Positions 25,204-37,900 of a stretch of DNA of 47,113 nt are shown here, piece after piece. A program made the translations under genes and the position numbers. Positions within the stretch are counted from its first letter, which is position 1, and each line of letters starts with the position of its first letter. This DNA is from Nemertoderma westbladi (Eukaryota; Animalia; Xenacoelomorpha), in NCBI GenBank assembly GCA_032718475.1, contig JAUCBJ010007073.1:1-47113 (forward strand), given 5' to 3'. The notes under the pieces are model-generated. The model searched no databases, had not been told where the DNA came from, and saw only the letters and a program-made list of their open reading frames with translations.

Positions 25204-25691
25204 CAAGTAGATCAACAATAGCTCAGATACTTGCACTACGGAGACTGATGGAAGGAATTAAGTCAAAGAATCTCCCCGCAGTCATGACTTTTGTGGACTT
25301 CAAGAAGGCATTCGACTCCATCCATAGAGCTAAAATGCTTGAAATCCTAAGAGATTATGGAATACCAGAAGTAATTGTTGCTGGCATTGGATTGTTATAT
25401 TGTGACACAGAAGCGCAGGAACTTTCACCAGGTGGTGAAACTGAGTTTTTCTCAATCCTGGCTGGCGTGCTGCAAGGTGACACATTAGCACCATTACTAT
25501 TTGTAATTGTGCTGGATTACGCAATGAGGACGGCCACAAAGGGTGAAGATCTGGGATTCACACTTCAAGAACGCAGAAGTAGTAGATATCCGGCAACTAC
25601 AGTCACAGACACCGACTTTGCGGATGACATCGCCCTGTTCTCTAATACGCTAGCAGATGCACAGCTTCTACTAAATAAAGTGGAGAGGGCT
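25204..25691 (+). mobile_element. RTE-clade LINE A, piece 2 (RT core)
   Basis: SRSTIAQILALRRL...FVDFKKAFDSIHR...GVLQGDTLAP...FADDIAL...KVERA. Confidence 0.92.
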
Positions 25692-28600
25692 ATAGATAGA
25701 TTTATTTATACATTATGTAAAAACAATAACAAATACATCAAACAATGTACCGGTATAAAGGTATTGTCCAACATAACATATAGGATTACCCCTAAAGCTT
25801 TGCAGCTTATTTCCAAGGGGGTCCTTTATGTTACTTGGTTACAAATACAATATTACACTACGCTAACCTAAAACCAATATAAAACGTAATTACACTATGT
25901 ACATGTACAACTTTACCGAGAGCGTGACAATGCCCGACTCAACGATAAAGATGTAATGTACAGAACAATTTATTATAAAACGTAATTACAGTATAAATAG
26001 TAAATAATTAATAAACTAATAACTTACTGTAGGACTATTGTACCTATTTTTACATTGCACACGGAGATGAGATTTAACTGCAGATTTAAAAGAATGTTGA
26101 TTATTTAGGTTTTTAATTTCATTAGGCAGAGCGTTCCAATTTTTTATGCCGTTAAAAAAGAAAGTATCAGATTCAAAGGATTTACAATTCGGGAGGTAGA
26201 AGTTTGAAGCACTAGCTCTGGTACTGTAAGAGTGTGTATCGCGTACTCTGTTGAATTTTTGTTTTAGGTAATTGGGACATTTACCATTATACACTTTATG
26301 CACATGGTTAAGGCGTAGCTGCTTAACTCTACTATCTAAGTTAAGTAGTCCAGATTCAGAAAAGTCATCTGGAGTTAGGTGGTGCCTAGGTTTGTAGTCT
26401 TTAATAAATCGTACTACTTTATTCTGAGCTACTTGTAATTTACATTTAAGCTGTTTGGTTAAGCCTTCATACCAAGAAGAGCACGCATAGTCCATGTGAC
26501 ACTGTATTAAAGAAGAGCAAAGTAACTTGCGGGAGTCGGTGTTTAAACTATTTTTATTTCTGTATAGAAACCTAAGCCTACTGTTAACTTTCGAGAAAAT
26601 ATTTTTCACTGTACTTTCTCCTGATAAGCAGTTATCCAATGTGGCGCCTAAATATTTAACTTCCTTTTTATTTTCAATCTTATGTCCATTACTAGTGACT
26701 TCAAACTTAGTTACCTTCTTTAACTTTCTTTTGGAACCAAACAAAATACTTTCAGTTTTACCGTAGTGAATGGATAGCTTATTATCAACCAACCACTCAT
26801 TACAGGATTCTAGAACTGCACTTAACTTTTGGGAAATATGGATAGGATCTTTATGAGAGAAAATAAGAGCACTGTCGTCGGCATATAAAATGAGTTTAAA
26901 ATCGGGATCTATACTACTTATCATATCATTTACATAGCATACAAAAAGCAGAGGACCTAATATACTACCTTGCGGTACACCACAGGTAATCTCTTGTACA
27001 GTAGACTGCGATTTGCTAATGACTACAGTTTGACCTCTGTCTGACAGGTAGGACTTGAACCAGTCTATAGAACCTATACCCATCAGGCCTAACTTACCAA
27101 GCAGAATTTCGTGATCTACAGTATCGAAAGCCTTTTGTAGGTCCAACATTACCATACCAGTATATAAACCCTTTGCGTTATTACATCTAATTGTATCAGT
27201 TAAGTTAATAAGGCAGGTGTCTGTAGAATATGATTTACGAAAACCGGACTGAAGTTCATAGATCAGATTTAGCCTACTAAGATGTGCCTCCAGCTGTAGA
27301 AAAACAGAACGTTCTAGAATTTTAGATACAATACTTAAGATACTAACAGGTCTGTAATTACAGGGTTCTACTTTACTATTCTTTTTATACAGAGGAACAA
27401 CCTTAGCTAATTTCAGTTCGTCTGGTACTACATTATCTACGATAGAGTAATTAATAATAAAAGTAATAGGCACTTTAAGTACTTCAGCACCATCCTTAAG
27501 AAAACGGGCAGGTATTAGATCTAGACCGGTACTTTTTGAGGCTGATAGGCTAAGTAGATTTTTAAAAACGAAATCCTCAGAAACGGGTTTTAAAAATAAC
27601 TTTTCTGAATTTTGTAACTTTTCTAAATAAAAATTATTTAGAGTTTCGGACCCTATACTATATTTATTACTTGATAACGGTAATTTCTTAACTAAATTAG
27701 AGGCAACATTAGTAAAATAATTATTAAATAAATTACTAACTAGAGTATGATCATGAATCAGCTCACCGTTATCTTGCAGAACAATATTCGATTTAGATTT
27801 AAGGTTTTTATAACCTAAAGATTTTAGGGTAGACCATAGACTTTTTGGATTATCTTTATTCTCACTTATTTTGTTGTACAAATATTCAGATTTAGCTTTT
27901 TTTATTTCCCGTTGGACAAGGTTTCTATATTTGCAGTAATTATTATAATCAGCTAAAACACGGTATTTCCTAAATTTATACAAATAGTTATCTCTTTCTC
28001 TGATATTACTAAGAATACCCGAGGTCATCCAGGGCTCAGTGCGTTGTTTAAGACTAATTTCTTTAATTGGTGCTACAGTATTAAGTGCCTTTAAAAATAT
28101 ATCTTTAAAAACAGTGTATGCAAGGTTAATGTCAGCGGCCTTAAAACAGGGTTCCCAGTCAGAATTAACTAACAAACTTAAAAAGCGTTCCTTGCTGTAA
28201 TTTTTCATAGACCTAACTGTTACTGTTTTATGATCCCCGAAAAAAGATTTTTGTGTCTTTCTTGTGCAAAAAACTATAAAATGATCGCTTAGACCTATAG
28301 GTAAAACCCCAGATTGAGAAATAATATCGGTATTATTACAAAGGATGTGATCTAGTAAAGTAGAAGTTTTACTGGTAATTCTGGTAGAATCTCGAATAAT
28401 TTGTTTTAAACCAAACAAATTTAAAATACTTTGGTAATGTTTACAGATGGGGGATGCTTTGTGATGGTAACAGATATTAAAATCACCTAAGAAATATATT
28501 TCACAGTCTGACCTAAGATTACATAAAATTGTATTTTCAAAATTTTGCAAAAAATCTGATTGTTTAGGGGGCCGATATAAAGTACCGATTAAAATAGGTT

Positions 28601-29574
28601 TAGTTTTAGGAAGTAAAAGTTCCACCAGTAAAACTTCGTCACAAGTCTCTAAATCTTCCCTACGATTAAAAGCTAAATCACATCGAATGTAAGTACAGAC
28701 ACCACCTGTCCTTGCTGTCTGTCCCTATCCTTACGTAAAACTACGTAATTATCAATATAAATTTCTCCATCAGAAACACTATCATCGAGCCAAGTTTCAG
28801 AGATTGTTAAAACTGCTGGGTTGGATTTATTGATTAAAATACGAATTTCGGAAAGTTTTGGAAGCAGAGATCGTGCGTTTAAGTGCAAAAAATGCAGACC
28901 TTTTTTCTTAAAAAAATTAAAAGTTTCACTCTCAGCATCACTTGGAGTTTGCAGAGGCGATGTGAGAAATGAATCGTCGGTTTCTGATTCTAAAATTGTA
29001 TCATGAAAGGGAAGTTCGGTAAAAATACAGCTATTGCAGAGAAAACTTGGTTCAAGATTGTTTCTGGTGGAGAATAAATTACTGCGTTTCCTACGGTAAC
29101 ATTTTAAATGTACAAATGTGTCACAACTCTCGCATTGGACGATCTTACTCCGAGAGTTTGTTCCTCGTTGACAGACGGGACAGTTGATCTTCGGGGCCCG
29201 CGTCCTGCTGGGTCCTGGGTTGGTCTCAATATCCCCAGCCAGAGACAGTAGACATAGTTTAGCGATTAGGCCTCTAGATCGTGGAGAGGAGACCCAAGAT
29301 CTTCTTCCCCGACGAGAGCAGTAGAGGCTAAATCCACTCGTCGACCACATCTCCGTCGATTCGGCGCGGCAGTTCGAAACGGTAGCGACAGGGTGTTCCG
29401 CAAACCAGTCCAATACGGGTATTGGGTGGGTTGCAGGGTTACCCCGCGGATCGGATGGTTCTGCCACAACGAAACGACCCAGAACGATGAAAACTGTGGA
29501 GATTAAGAGCGGGGACATTGTGCTGTCTGGCTGTAGTCTGACTCAGGGATAAAAACTGTATAGGCCTAGTCTAA
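25692..29574 (-). mobile_element. CR1/L2-group LINE C (2A-like motif, PHD, APE endonuclease, RT) inserted into LINE A
   Basis: ORFs 29518-28673 and 28625-26016 are joined by one frameshift near 28705. 3' end AATAAA(TCTA)n. Probable 4-bp TSD GGCT (25688-25691 and 29575-29578). Confidence 0.92.
26016..29518 (-). pseudogene. LINE C ORF2 (PHD finger, APE, RT) with a single frameshift
   Basis: CPVC..CESC..H..C..CNSC; HLNARSL, ISETWL, GGVCTYI, GDFN, LDHI, SDH; [25 protein letters not shown]. Confidence 0.92.
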
Positions 29575-30280
29575 GGCTGCTAAGGAGGTTGGATTGCATA
29601 TAAATGCTATAAAGACCGAATTCATGACCTTTAATGTTGATGGGAACTTGACAACCATTGATAATAATCAACTAAGGAAGGTTGATGACTTCCAGTACCT
29701 TGGATCATGGATAGAGAGTAGCAAAAACGACATAGAAGTTAGGAAAGCAAAGGCTTGGGTAGCTCTATCAAAAATGGATACCATCTGGAAATCAGATCTC
29801 TCCAGGCACCTAAAGACTAAGTTCTTTCGAGCCACAGTGGAAAGTGTATTTTTATACGGGGGTGAGACCTGGACACTGACTAAATCACTTGAACAACGAA
29901 TAGATGGTTGCTACACAAGACTACTAAGGGCAGCCCTAAACATCAGCTGGAGACAACACATGACAAACGCCGAGCTTTATGGTACAATACCACCTGTATC
30001 AACCACCCTCCGTGAACGCAGATTAAGATTCAGTGGGCACTGCTGGCGAAGTAAAGACGAGGTCATACCAGATCTACTTCTCTGGCAACCAACTCATGGA
30101 AAGCGTAGTCGTGGACGACCGGCCATAACATATATCGATCAACTTGAAAGGGATACTGAACTTGGGAGAAACGAAATTGCGACAACTATGGAGAATCGGG
30201 AAGCATGGAAGGATCTCATTTCCACTGTCCGAGTTCGCTCGACCTAGTAGTAATAGTAATTGAATTATAATTATTATTAT
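29575..30280 (+). mobile_element. RTE-clade LINE A, piece 3 (C-terminus and tail)
   Basis: AAKEVGLHIN..KT...FQYLGS...LYGGETW...RRLRFSGHC...RGRP. Stop at 30245-30247, then a TAG/TAA/ATT-rich tail. Confidence 0.92.
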
Positions 30281-31160
30281 TGGATATTCTACTGGTAAAT
30301 TCAATTTGTCATTCTTATTTGCTTAATATATCGCCAATATTACAGAATCAAGGAAGTTTTACACGCGCCACAACAGGTGGGTCGCTGTAACTAAGTATCA
30401 GTGATAATCTGGACAATTGTATTAGATTTGTGTGTTGTCATGTCTCTGACTTACTAAATAATTAATATATGGCGATATTTCAGACCATTAATATAAGCAA
30501 AGCTCTTATTATTAATTACATCACGATTGAGAGTTGTCACAAATTGAATACTGTAGTGATATCAATATAATTAGACCAAAGACTTGTCACAATACGTTTC
30601 CTCTAAAGGGAAACACAATCACCAGACTTGAGTCCTTACATAATTAATTAGTCAGTCATTTGCATACTGTGTTGCCACACCCTCCCGGTATCTCAGTTAA
30701 ATACAATAGATAATCAAATACCGTACCGAACTAAATGAAATATAGAGCAAATCAATACATCGAAGGGAGAAAGGGTAAATAAACAGATACAGTGAGTGGC
30801 CCTCGGTGACAGGTACACTAGCGCAACTCCGTTCATTGTATCTGACCGGACATTCTGCCTTCATTTTTGCATGGTTTATTAAGTAACAGAAAGAAGTCAC
30901 AATATATGAAAATTGAGAGTGAAAGAACATATTTTATCAAATGCGCTAACAGGTGTCGGAAGATGACTGAGTTAGGATCGATGCGTAAATATAATCAAAT
31001 AGGAGCGATAACACGGTGAGACGATATGAATATGAATGGAATGTTGGTTGATGGAAAGAAGGATGATTGGCGCCACCCGTCTTTCGTTTAAATGGTAGAA
31101 GGGTGGCACCATTGATGACATCATATGGGTCGATCTCTAACATGCAAATTGCTTTTTATG

Positions 31161-31645
31161 ATTACTTCTGTTTGGGATATTGGTAAATCTGGAAATAGAA
31201 TTAAATTTATAAATTAAATATAGTAATACAATTAAATAAAATAAAAATGAATACAATTAATTAAATAAAAATATATACAAATAAATAAATATCAATAAAT
31301 AAAAGGGAAGAGGTGTCACTTAATGACTCCCTTTGCATGGCTTAGTGACAGTTGGACCTCACTGACCACCCATTGAGTGTCAGAGTGCTAATCGGTCTAA
31401 TTAATTAGTGTAACCAATTAAAACTTAATGAGATTTCATAAGACACCTATCAGGTTGTACTTATACTAATTAATTGATGACACCTGCCAATTAGGGTCTA
31501 ATTATCCTTATTTGGAGGGGTCATACAGACAGTCTGACGCCAATGACACCCAATCACACCCTATGGGTGTCATTGGGTATCATATGACACCCAGTGGGTG
31601 TCAGTGAGGTCCAACTTTCACCGAGCCATGAAAACCACTACTACT
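31161..31645 (-). repeat. Right TIR of the Polinton-like element
   Basis: Inverted copy of 11472-11914 with an extra about 40 bp near 31545-31585. Confidence 0.93.
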
Positions 31646-31911
31646 ATAGTGCAATACGTAAAACAACCAGTGTGAACAACCCTATTAGTGTGGCAGTATT
31701 TCTATTTGAGGCCATTCCCATCCCCAGCCCCACTCCCCCTTACCTCTGCCACTGTTTCACGTTAATTTAATAGTTTTGTTAAACCTCTCCGGCCCAATTC
31801 CGTTGCTTTGAAGCAACAACAACTTTATAGGCTTGCTGATTTAACAGTTTTGAATTTATTAACTCAGACTGGCTAAAATTATGTGTAAAGCTGTTCATTG
31901 TCCAATAACTG

Positions 31912-34900
31912 ATATCGGTCATATTGTGCTTCTGTTTATTAGAATCAGCCATATTGTGCTTCTGTTTATTGGAATCGGTCATATTGCGCTTCTGTTATTG
32001 AAGCAGCCATATTGTGCTTCTGTTTATTGTAATGAGCCATATTGTGCTTCTGTTTATTGTAATCCGCCATATTGTGCATCTGTTTATTGGAATCAGCCAT
32101 ATTGTGCTTCTGTTTAATGGAATCGGTCATATTGTGCTTCTGTTTATTATAATCGGCCATATTGTGCTTCTGTTCATTGGAATCGGCCATATTGTGCTTC
32201 TGTATATTGGAATTTGCAATATTGTGCATCTGTTTATTTGAATCCGCCATATTGTGCTTCTGTTTATTGGAATCTGCCATATTGTGCTTCTGTTTAATGG
32301 AATCGGTCATATTGTGCTTATGTTTATTAGAATCGGTTATATTGTGCTTCTGTTTATTGGAATCAGCCATATTGTGCTTTTGTTTATTGTAATCAGACAT
32401 ATTGTGCTTCTGTTTATTGGAATCGGCCATATTGTGCTTCTGTTTATTGGAATCAGCCATATTGTGCTTCTGTTTAATGGAATCGGTCATATTGTGCTTC
32501 TGTTTATTATAATCGGCCATATTGTGCTTCTGTTCATTGGAATCGGCCATATTGTGCTTCTGTATATTGGAATCTGCCATATTGTGCTTCTGTTTATTGG
32601 AATCCGCCAAATTGTGCTTCTGTTTATTGGAATCTGCCATATTGTGCATCTGTTTATTGGAATCAGCCATATTGTGCTTCTGTTTAATGGAATCGGTCAT
32701 ATTGTGCTTCTGTTTATTGGAATCAGCCATATTGTGCTTTTGTTTATTGTAATCAGACATATTGTGCTTCTGTTTATTGGAATTGGCCATATTGTGCTTC
32801 TGTTTATTGTAATCAGCCATAAGCCTATTTTGCTTCTCTTTATTGTAATCAGCCATATTGTGCTTCTGTTTACTGGAATCAGCCATATTGTGCTTTTGTT
32901 TATTGGAATCGGTCACATTGTGCTTCTGTTTATTGTAATCCGCCATATTGTGCTTCTGTTTATTGTAATCCGCCATATTGTGCATCTGTTTATTGGAATC
33001 AGCCATATTGTGCTTCTGCTTAATGGAATCGGTCATATTGTGCTTCTGTTTATTAGAATCAGCCATATTGTGCTTCTGTTTATTGTAATGAGCCATATTG
33101 TGCTTCTGTTTATTGGAATCGGTCATATTGTGCTTCTGTTTATTGTAATCCGCCATATTGTGCATCTGTTTATTGGAATCAGCCATATTGTGCTTCTGTT
33201 TATTGTAATCAGCCATAAGCCTATTTTGCTTCTCTTTATTGTAATCAGCCATATTGTGCTTCTGTTTATTGGAATCGGTCATATTGTGCTTCTGTTTATT
33301 GTAATCCGCCATATTGTGCATCTGTTTATTGTAATCCGCCATATTGTGCATCTGTTTATTGTAATCCGCCATATTGTGCATCTGTTTATTGGAATCAGCC
33401 ATATTGTGCTTCTGTTTAATGGAATCGGTCATATTGTGCTTCTGTTTATTAGAATCAGCCATATTGTGCTTCTGTTTATTGTAATGAGCCATATTGTGCT
33501 TCTGTTTATTGGAATCGGTCATATTGTGCTTCTGTTTATTGTAATCCGCCATATTGTGCATCTGTTTATTGGAATCAGCCATATTGTGCTTCTGTTTAAT
33601 GGAATCGGTCATATTGTGCTTCTGTTTATTGGAATCGGTCATATTGTGCTTCTGTTTATTGTAATCCGCCATATTGTGCATCTGTTTATTGTAATCCGCC
33701 ATATTGTGCATCTGTTTATTGGAATCAGCCATATTGTGCTTCTGTTTATTGGAATCGGTCATATTGTGCTTCTGTTTATTGTAATCCGCCATATTGTGCA
33801 TCTGTTTATTGTAATCCGCCATATTGTGCATCTGTTTATTGGAATCAGCCATATTGTGCTTCTGTTTAAAGGAATCGGTCATATTGTGCTTTTGTTTATT
33901 GGCATCGGCCATATTGTGCTTCTGTATTTTGGAATCAGCCATACTGTGCTTCTGTTTATTGGAATCGGTCATATTGCGCTTCTGTTATTGAATCAGCCAT
34001 ATTGTGCTTCTGTTTATTGTAATGAGCCATATTGTGCTTCTGTTTATTGTAATCCGCCATATTGTGCATCTGTTTATTGGAATCAGCCATATTGTGCTTC
34101 TGTTTAATGGAATCGGTCATATTGTGCTTCTGTTTATTAGAATCAGCCATATTGTGCTTCTGTTTATTGTAATGAGCCATATTGTGCTTCTGTTTATTGT
34201 AATCCGCCATATTGTGCATCTGTTTATTGGAATCAGCCATATTGTGCTTCTGTTTAATGGAATCGGTCATATTGTGCTTTTGTTTATTGGCATCGGCCAT
34301 ATTGTGCTTCAGTTTATTGGAATCGGTCATATTGTGCTTCTGTTTATTGTAATGAGCCATATTGTGCTTCTGTTTATTGTAATCGCCGCAACCATATTGT
34401 GCTTCTGTATATTGGAATCAGCCATATTGTGCTTCTGTTTATTGGAATTGGCCATATTGTGCTTCTGTTTATTGGAATCTGCCATATTGTGCTTCTGTTT
34501 ATTGGAATCAGCAATGTTGTGCTTCTGTATATTGGAATCGGCCGTACTGTGCTTCTGTTTAATGGAATCGGTCATATTGTGCTTCTGTTTATTAGAATTA
34601 GCTATATTGTGCTTCTGTTTATTGGAATCGGCCATATTGTGCTTCTGTTTATCGTAATCGCCGCAACCATATTGTGCTTTTGTTTATTCGAACCCGCCAT
34701 ATTGTGCTTCTGTTTACTGGCATCGGCCATATTGTGCTTCTATTTATTGGAATCAGCCATATTGTGCTTATGTTTATTGGCATCGGCCATATATTGCACT
34801 TCTGTTTATTGGAATCGGTCATATTGTGCTTCTGTTTATTGGAATCGGTCTGTTTATTGTAATCGGCCATATGGTGCTTCTGTTTATTGGAATCGGCCAT

Positions 34901-37900
34901 ATTGTGCTTCTGTTTATTGTAATCGCCGCAACCATATTGTGATTTTGTTTATTTGAATCCGCCATATTGTGCTTCTGTATATTGGAATCAGCCATATAGT
35001 GCTTCTGTTTATTGGAATTGGCCATATTGTGCTTCTGTTTATTGGAATCGGCCATATTGTGCTTCTGTTTATTGGAATCAACCATATTGTGCTTCTATTT
35101 ATTGGAATCGGCCATATTGTGCTTTTGTTTATTGGAATCGGTCTGTTTATTGTAATCGGTCATATTGTGCTTCTATTTATTGGATTCGGCCATATTGTGC
35201 TTATGTTTATTGGCATCGGCCATATATTGTGCTTCAGTTTATTGGAATCAGCCATATTGTGCTTCAGTTTATTGGAATCAGCCATATTGTGCTTCTGTTT
35301 ATTAGAATCGGCCATATTGTGCTTCTGTTCATTGGAATCGGCCATATTGTGCTTCTGTGAATTGGAATCGGTCATATTGTGCTTCTGTTTAATGGAATCG
35401 GTCATATTGTGCTTCTGTTTATTAGAATCGGCTATATTGTGCTTCTGTTTATTGGAATCGCCGCAACCATATTGTGCTTTTGTTTATTTGAACCCGCCAT
35501 ATTGTGCTTCTGCTTATTGGCATCGGCCATATTGTGCTTCTGTTCATTGGAATCGGCCATATTGTGCTTCCGTGAATTGGAATCGGTCATATTGTGCTTC
35601 TGTTCAATGGAATCGGTCATATTGTGCTTCTGTATATTGGAATCAGCCATATTGTGCTTCTGTTTATTGGAATTGGCCATATTGTGCTTCTGTTTATTGG
35701 AATCGGCCATATTGTGCTTTTGTTTATTGGAATCGATCTGTTCATTGGAATCGGCCATATTGTGCTTCTATTTATTGGCATCGGCCATATTGTGCTTCTG
35801 TTAGTTGGAATCGGCCATATTGTGCTTCTGTTAGTTGGAATCGGCCATATTGTGCTTCTGTGAATTGGAATCGGTCATATTGTGCTTCTGTTCAATGGAA
35901 TCGGTCATATTGTGCTTCTGTATATTGGAATCAGCCATATTGCACTTCTGTTTATTGGAATCGGTCATATTGTGCTTCAGTTTATTGGAATCAGCCATAT
36001 TGTGCTTCTGTTTATTGTAATCCGCCATATTGTGCTTCTGTTTATTGGAATCGGTCATATTGTGCTTCAGTTTATTGGAATCAGCCATATTGTGCTTCTG
36101 TTTATTAGAATCGGCCATATTGTGCTTCTGTTCATTGGAATCGGCCATATTGTGCTTCTGTGAATTGGAATCGGTCATATTGTGCCTCTGTTTAATGGAA
36201 TCGGTCATATTGTGCTTCTGTTTATTAGAATCGGCTATATTGTGCTTCTGTTTATTGGAATCGCCGCAACCATATTGCGCTTTTGTTTATTTGAATCCGC
36301 CATATTATGCTTCTGTATATTAGAATCAGCCATATTGTGCTTCTGTTTATTGTAATCGCCGCAACCATATTGTGCTTTTGTTTATTTGAACCCGCCGTAT
36401 TGTGCTTCTGCTTATTGGCATCGGCCATATTGTGCTTCTATTTATTGGAATCAGCCATATTGTGCTTCTGTATATTAGAATCAGCCATATTGTGCTTCTG
36501 TTTATTGTAATCGCCGCAACCATATTGTGCTTTTGTTTATTTGAACCCGCCATATTGTGCTTCTGTTTATTGGCATCGGCCATATATTGCACTTCTGTTT
36601 ATTGGAATCGGTCATATTGTGCTTCTGTTTATTGGAATCGGTCTGTTTATTGTAATCGGCCATATGGTGCTTCTGTTTATTGGAATCGGCCATATTGTGC
36701 TTCTGTTTATTGTAATCGCCGCAACCATATTGTGCTTCTGTATATTGGAATCAGCCATATTGTGCTTCTGTTTATTGGAATTGGCCATATTGTGGTTCTG
36801 TTTATTGGAATCGGCCATATTGTGCTTCTGTTTATTGGAATCAACCATATTGTGCTTCTATTTATTGGAATCGGCCATATTGTGCTTTTGTTTATTGGAA
36901 TCGGTCCGTTTATTGTAATCGGTCATATTGTGCTTCTATTTATTGGAATCGGCCATATTGTGCTTATGTTTATTGGCATCGGCCATATATTGCACTTCTG
37001 TTTATTGGAATCGGTCATATTGTGCTTCTGTTTATTGGAATTGGCCATATTGTGCTTCTGTTTATTGGAATCTGCCATATTGTGCTTCTGTTTATTGGCA
37101 TCGGCCATAGTGTGCTTCTGTTTATTAGAATCGGCTATACTGTGCTTTTGTTTAATGGAATCGGTCATATTGTGCTTCTGTTTATTGGCATCGGCCATAT
37201 TGTGCTTCTATTTATTGGAATCTGCCATATTGTGCTTTTGTTCATTGGAATCAGCCATATTGTGCTTCTGTTTATTGGCATCGGCCATATTGTGCTTCTG
37301 TTTATTGGCATCGGCCATATTGTGCTTCTGTTTATTGGAATCAGCCATATTGTGCTTCTGTTTATTGGCATCGGCCATATTGTGCTTCTGTTTATTGGAA
37401 TCAGCCATATTGTGCTTCTGTTTATTAGAATCGGCTATACTGTGCTTCTGTTTAATGGAATCTGTCATATAGTGCTTCTGTTTATTGGCATCGGCCATAT
37501 TGTGCCTCTATTTATTGGAATCTGCCATATTGTGCTTTTGTTCATTGGAATCAGCCATATTGTGCTTCTGTTTATTGGAATCGGCCATATTGTGCTTATG
37601 TTTATTGGCATCGGCCATATATTGCACTTCTGTTTATTGGAATCGGTCATATTGTGCTTCAGTTTATTGGAATCGGTCATATTGTGTTTCTGTTTATTGT
37701 AATCGCCGCAGCCATATTGTGCTTTTGTTTATTCGAATCCGCCATATTGTGCTTCTGTTTATTGGCATCGGCCATATTGTGCTTCTATTTATTGGAATCA
37801 GCCATATTGTGCTTTTGTTTATTGGCATCGGCCATATTGTGCTTCTGTTTATTTGAATCAGCCATATTGTGCTTTTGTTTATTCGAATCCGCCATATTGT

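Larger units (their letters stand above)
11472..31645. mobile_element. Decayed Polinton/Maverick-like element (about 20.2 kb including nested insertions)
   Basis: Long TIRs with AGTAGTAG...CTACTACT termini. Flanking 6-mers ACGGTG / ATAGTG. Internal integrase and minor-capsid-like pseudogenes. Confidence 0.85.

Noticed and set aside
24864-25871. 335-aa ORF as a single gene
   Set aside because: Chimeric read-through of antisense LINE B, the LINE A RT core and the antisense LINE C tail.
30697-31143. Minus-strand ORFs just inside the right TIR
   Set aside because: Short and interrupted, with no recognisable Polinton or other motif.
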